A stretch of DNA of 64,000 nt from Candidatus Omnitrophota bacterium (lineage in GTDB: Bacteria; Omnitrophota; Gorgyraeia; Gygaellales; Profunditerraquicolaceae), in assembly GCA_030650425.1 (NCBI GenBank), contig JAUSED010000005.1:142932-206931 (forward strand), read 5' to 3'. Below the pieces are notes generated by a model. The model ran no database searches. It was not told where the DNA came from and worked only from the letters and a program-made list of their open reading frames with translations. Each line of letters opens with the position of its first letter. Positions within the stretch are counted from its first letter, which is position 1. Below, piece by piece: positions 24,001-27,000 of the stretch. The position numbers and the translations under genes were made by a program.

Positions 24001-27000
24001 TACCGTCGTATTTGATGAAGGCGCCGGAGACGGCCTCTTATCCAGAATAGCTTTAAGATTGGGAGCGCGGAAGGTGGTTATGATTGACAATAAGCGCTGG
24101 CTATTAAATCTAGCGAGATTGTTCCTAAAAGAAGACGGTTGGGGCAAGATAGAAGAGAGGGAAGGCAAATTTGTTATTTTAGAGAGAGATTTAAGAGCCA
24201 TTTCTAGGTTGAAGATAGAGCTCAAGAGCTACCTTCGCGATAATAAACGCCTTGTGGTTATTAAAAACATCGGTCCTTACGAGTTTTATGGCAATGGCGA
24301 GACGGAACAAGCGGCTATAGATTTAGTAATTGGCTTGCCTGAACTTAAGCTGGTGATTAATGGAGGATATATAGGCAAAAACAATCTGGACAATTCCGGC
24401 CTTCATCAACGAGCTCTTACTGAGGTTCAGGAGGAATTTGTAAAAGAAGGCTTTAAAGTCCGAAGGTATGATTATAATATTGCGGCTATATTGGCAGCAA
24501 AACGGGAAAACCCTCATATTGGATCTAGCCCCTTGAATAATAAAAGGGACGCCCTTGGAGGCTCGCCAATTTCTACCCCCCTTAGGTTAGGCACAATAAT
24601 TCAGGTAGAGTTTATCAATGGGGCTTTAGCTGCTGTTGTCTCAAGCAGTATTTTAGTAAAGCCGGTTAACGAAGCTATTTTGTGCTATTCAGAGACGTTT
24701 GGCGCAAGCTCTACGCTTGAAGATAACTACACAGGACTTTTCCCGCCTCAGGGAGGGAATAAAAAAGATATAGACGCTTTATCCAGCCCATTGTCTGGCA
24801 AGGAAACGCAGGTTAAATCTACCGCCGCCTCGCCGGTGAAGCACAGTACAATTCAGGAAGCTGAAAACAAATGGCAGTGTGAGTTAGAGGAAATAAATGC
24901 TGCCCATTTTTCGAAAGAAGGAGGTTTTATTGAACATCACGGGCTGCCTCATTCACAAAGGATGTGGGAAAGCGCCAAAAGGCATTTCGGCGGGCATAGG
25001 ATTGATTTCGAAGTGCTTATCGCAGCTATTTATCTGCACGATATTGCCGTGGAGATAGTGAAAATAGCGCATGGCGCTGAAGCCGCTAAAATGGTAGAGA
25101 ATATTTTGCAAAATATAGGTTTCCCCAAAGATAAAATCCGTTATGTTTACGAGGCTATTCTTCAGCACGATGATTATAAGGCGGTAAGAGAATCTATGGA
25201 AAGTAAGATTATTTTTGCTCTAGACACAGAAGATGCTTATTTTGAAAAAGGGGCAAGATACTTGCCTATTTACCGTTTTAGAGGCATACCCGAAAAAGAA
25301 ATGTATCCCGCGATTATAGAAAATATCAAACTGCGTTTTAATTTGGTTACAGATGAGTTAGCCGAATTTAAAGTTCATCTTAAACTGCTGAAGGACGAGG
25401 CGATAGAAGAAATGGAAAGAAATGCAAATGCAGACGCTTTACATAACTTACCGCATATCAGCAAGTTAGGAGAGAAATCTCTAAGCGACCAAGACCCCGC
25501 CGCCTCGCCGGTTTCAAAGGGAAGAGAATCGTCCCCTAATTTTACGCAGAAAAAAGATACGCGGTGGTTATATTTGGAAGGAGAAGAATTTAAGCCTATA
25601 GGCGAAATATATAGAATGTTAAATAAGATTTACTATTCATTAAGGGCAGGTGGTATTTATACAGATTTTAAGACTTCTATCTCTAAAGATAGCCTTATCG
25701 CTCAAGTTTATGCCCAGCAATTATATAAGAGACTTATTGCAATAGGCAAAGTTCCTCCAATTATATATATCCATGAGTGGGGCGGGGCGGACGGAAAGTT
25801 CGCAGTTGATTTCTTAGACTCTTTTAAGAAGTTAGACATCGAGAATAGTTATTATCCACGTATATATTATATCTTAAGCGATTTTTCCTTGGCAATGTTG
25901 AGCATCGCTCGTAATAATCTCAGCCTTAGCTGCCATAGAGATCGATTAGCATATGTTCAATTTGACGCTAACGAAGAGCTGCCATGGAAAAAAGGCAGCG
26001 CCATGCTTATTCAGTTTCATGAACTTTATGATGATTTGGGCGGAGTAGAGAAAATAGTAAAAATAGGCAATGAGTTTTATCGAACAGGGGGAAGGTTGCG
26101 CCTGTCAGAAGATGATAATTTTAAAAAGCATGATGGAGCGGATGTAAACGCCGAGACTTTTTTCAACGGATATTGGAAACGCGGGCTTACGGGATTAAGT
26201 GAATTGGAGCCGTCTTTCCTGAAGGAAATTACAATTGAAGAAAAATATGATCCGATTGACTTAAGTACATATCCTTATGCAGGATTTCTAAAAAATTGGA
26301 CAGAGGGTATACATTCAGCGGTTTTTCCTTTGAATATAGGAGCGTTACAAAATCTCGAACGCGCTCTCGAGGTACTTGATTTAGAACGCGGCGCCTATAT
26401 CAATTTTTCTGATTACGCGTTTGTTTCCAAGAAAGGCCTAGTAGAAAGTTCACAAAAAGGTACTTTCATGGGAACCCTTGAATGCGGCCAGCCTACAAGC
26501 CAGATTAATTTAGCTTTCTTTATCTATATGTTAGCAGGAAGTAATCTAAAAATATCTTGCGAAAGACAGGAGAAATTTTTGAGCAGGCGTCTTGGTAGGG
26601 AAGTAAGAGAAAGAGATGTTTTGATAAAGGAGATTTTAAGTTTTTATCTATCAGAGAGAGATAGATTCGGCTATGATCTTGATTTTCAAGAGCAACTTTT
26701 CAAAGGAATTGAAATTCCAGATTTGTTTAGAGTTGATATATTGGATAACGGAGATTCGTCTGCTGAGGAACCCGAGGATCTAAGAAGAGGCATTTTTAGA
26801 AGTCTGGTAGCGCAATGCATAAACAATCATATGGACAATTTGATTAATGATTGGTTAGATAAAGACGAATTATTGGAGGAGTTGCTTAACGACCCGTCAT
26901 TGCAGTTTCTATTAGGGCGGATAGGGAGTGTTGATCCAGAAACCGCCGTTACTATTTTCACTAACAATTTATTTAAGATTAGAATACCGGAAGGGCCGAG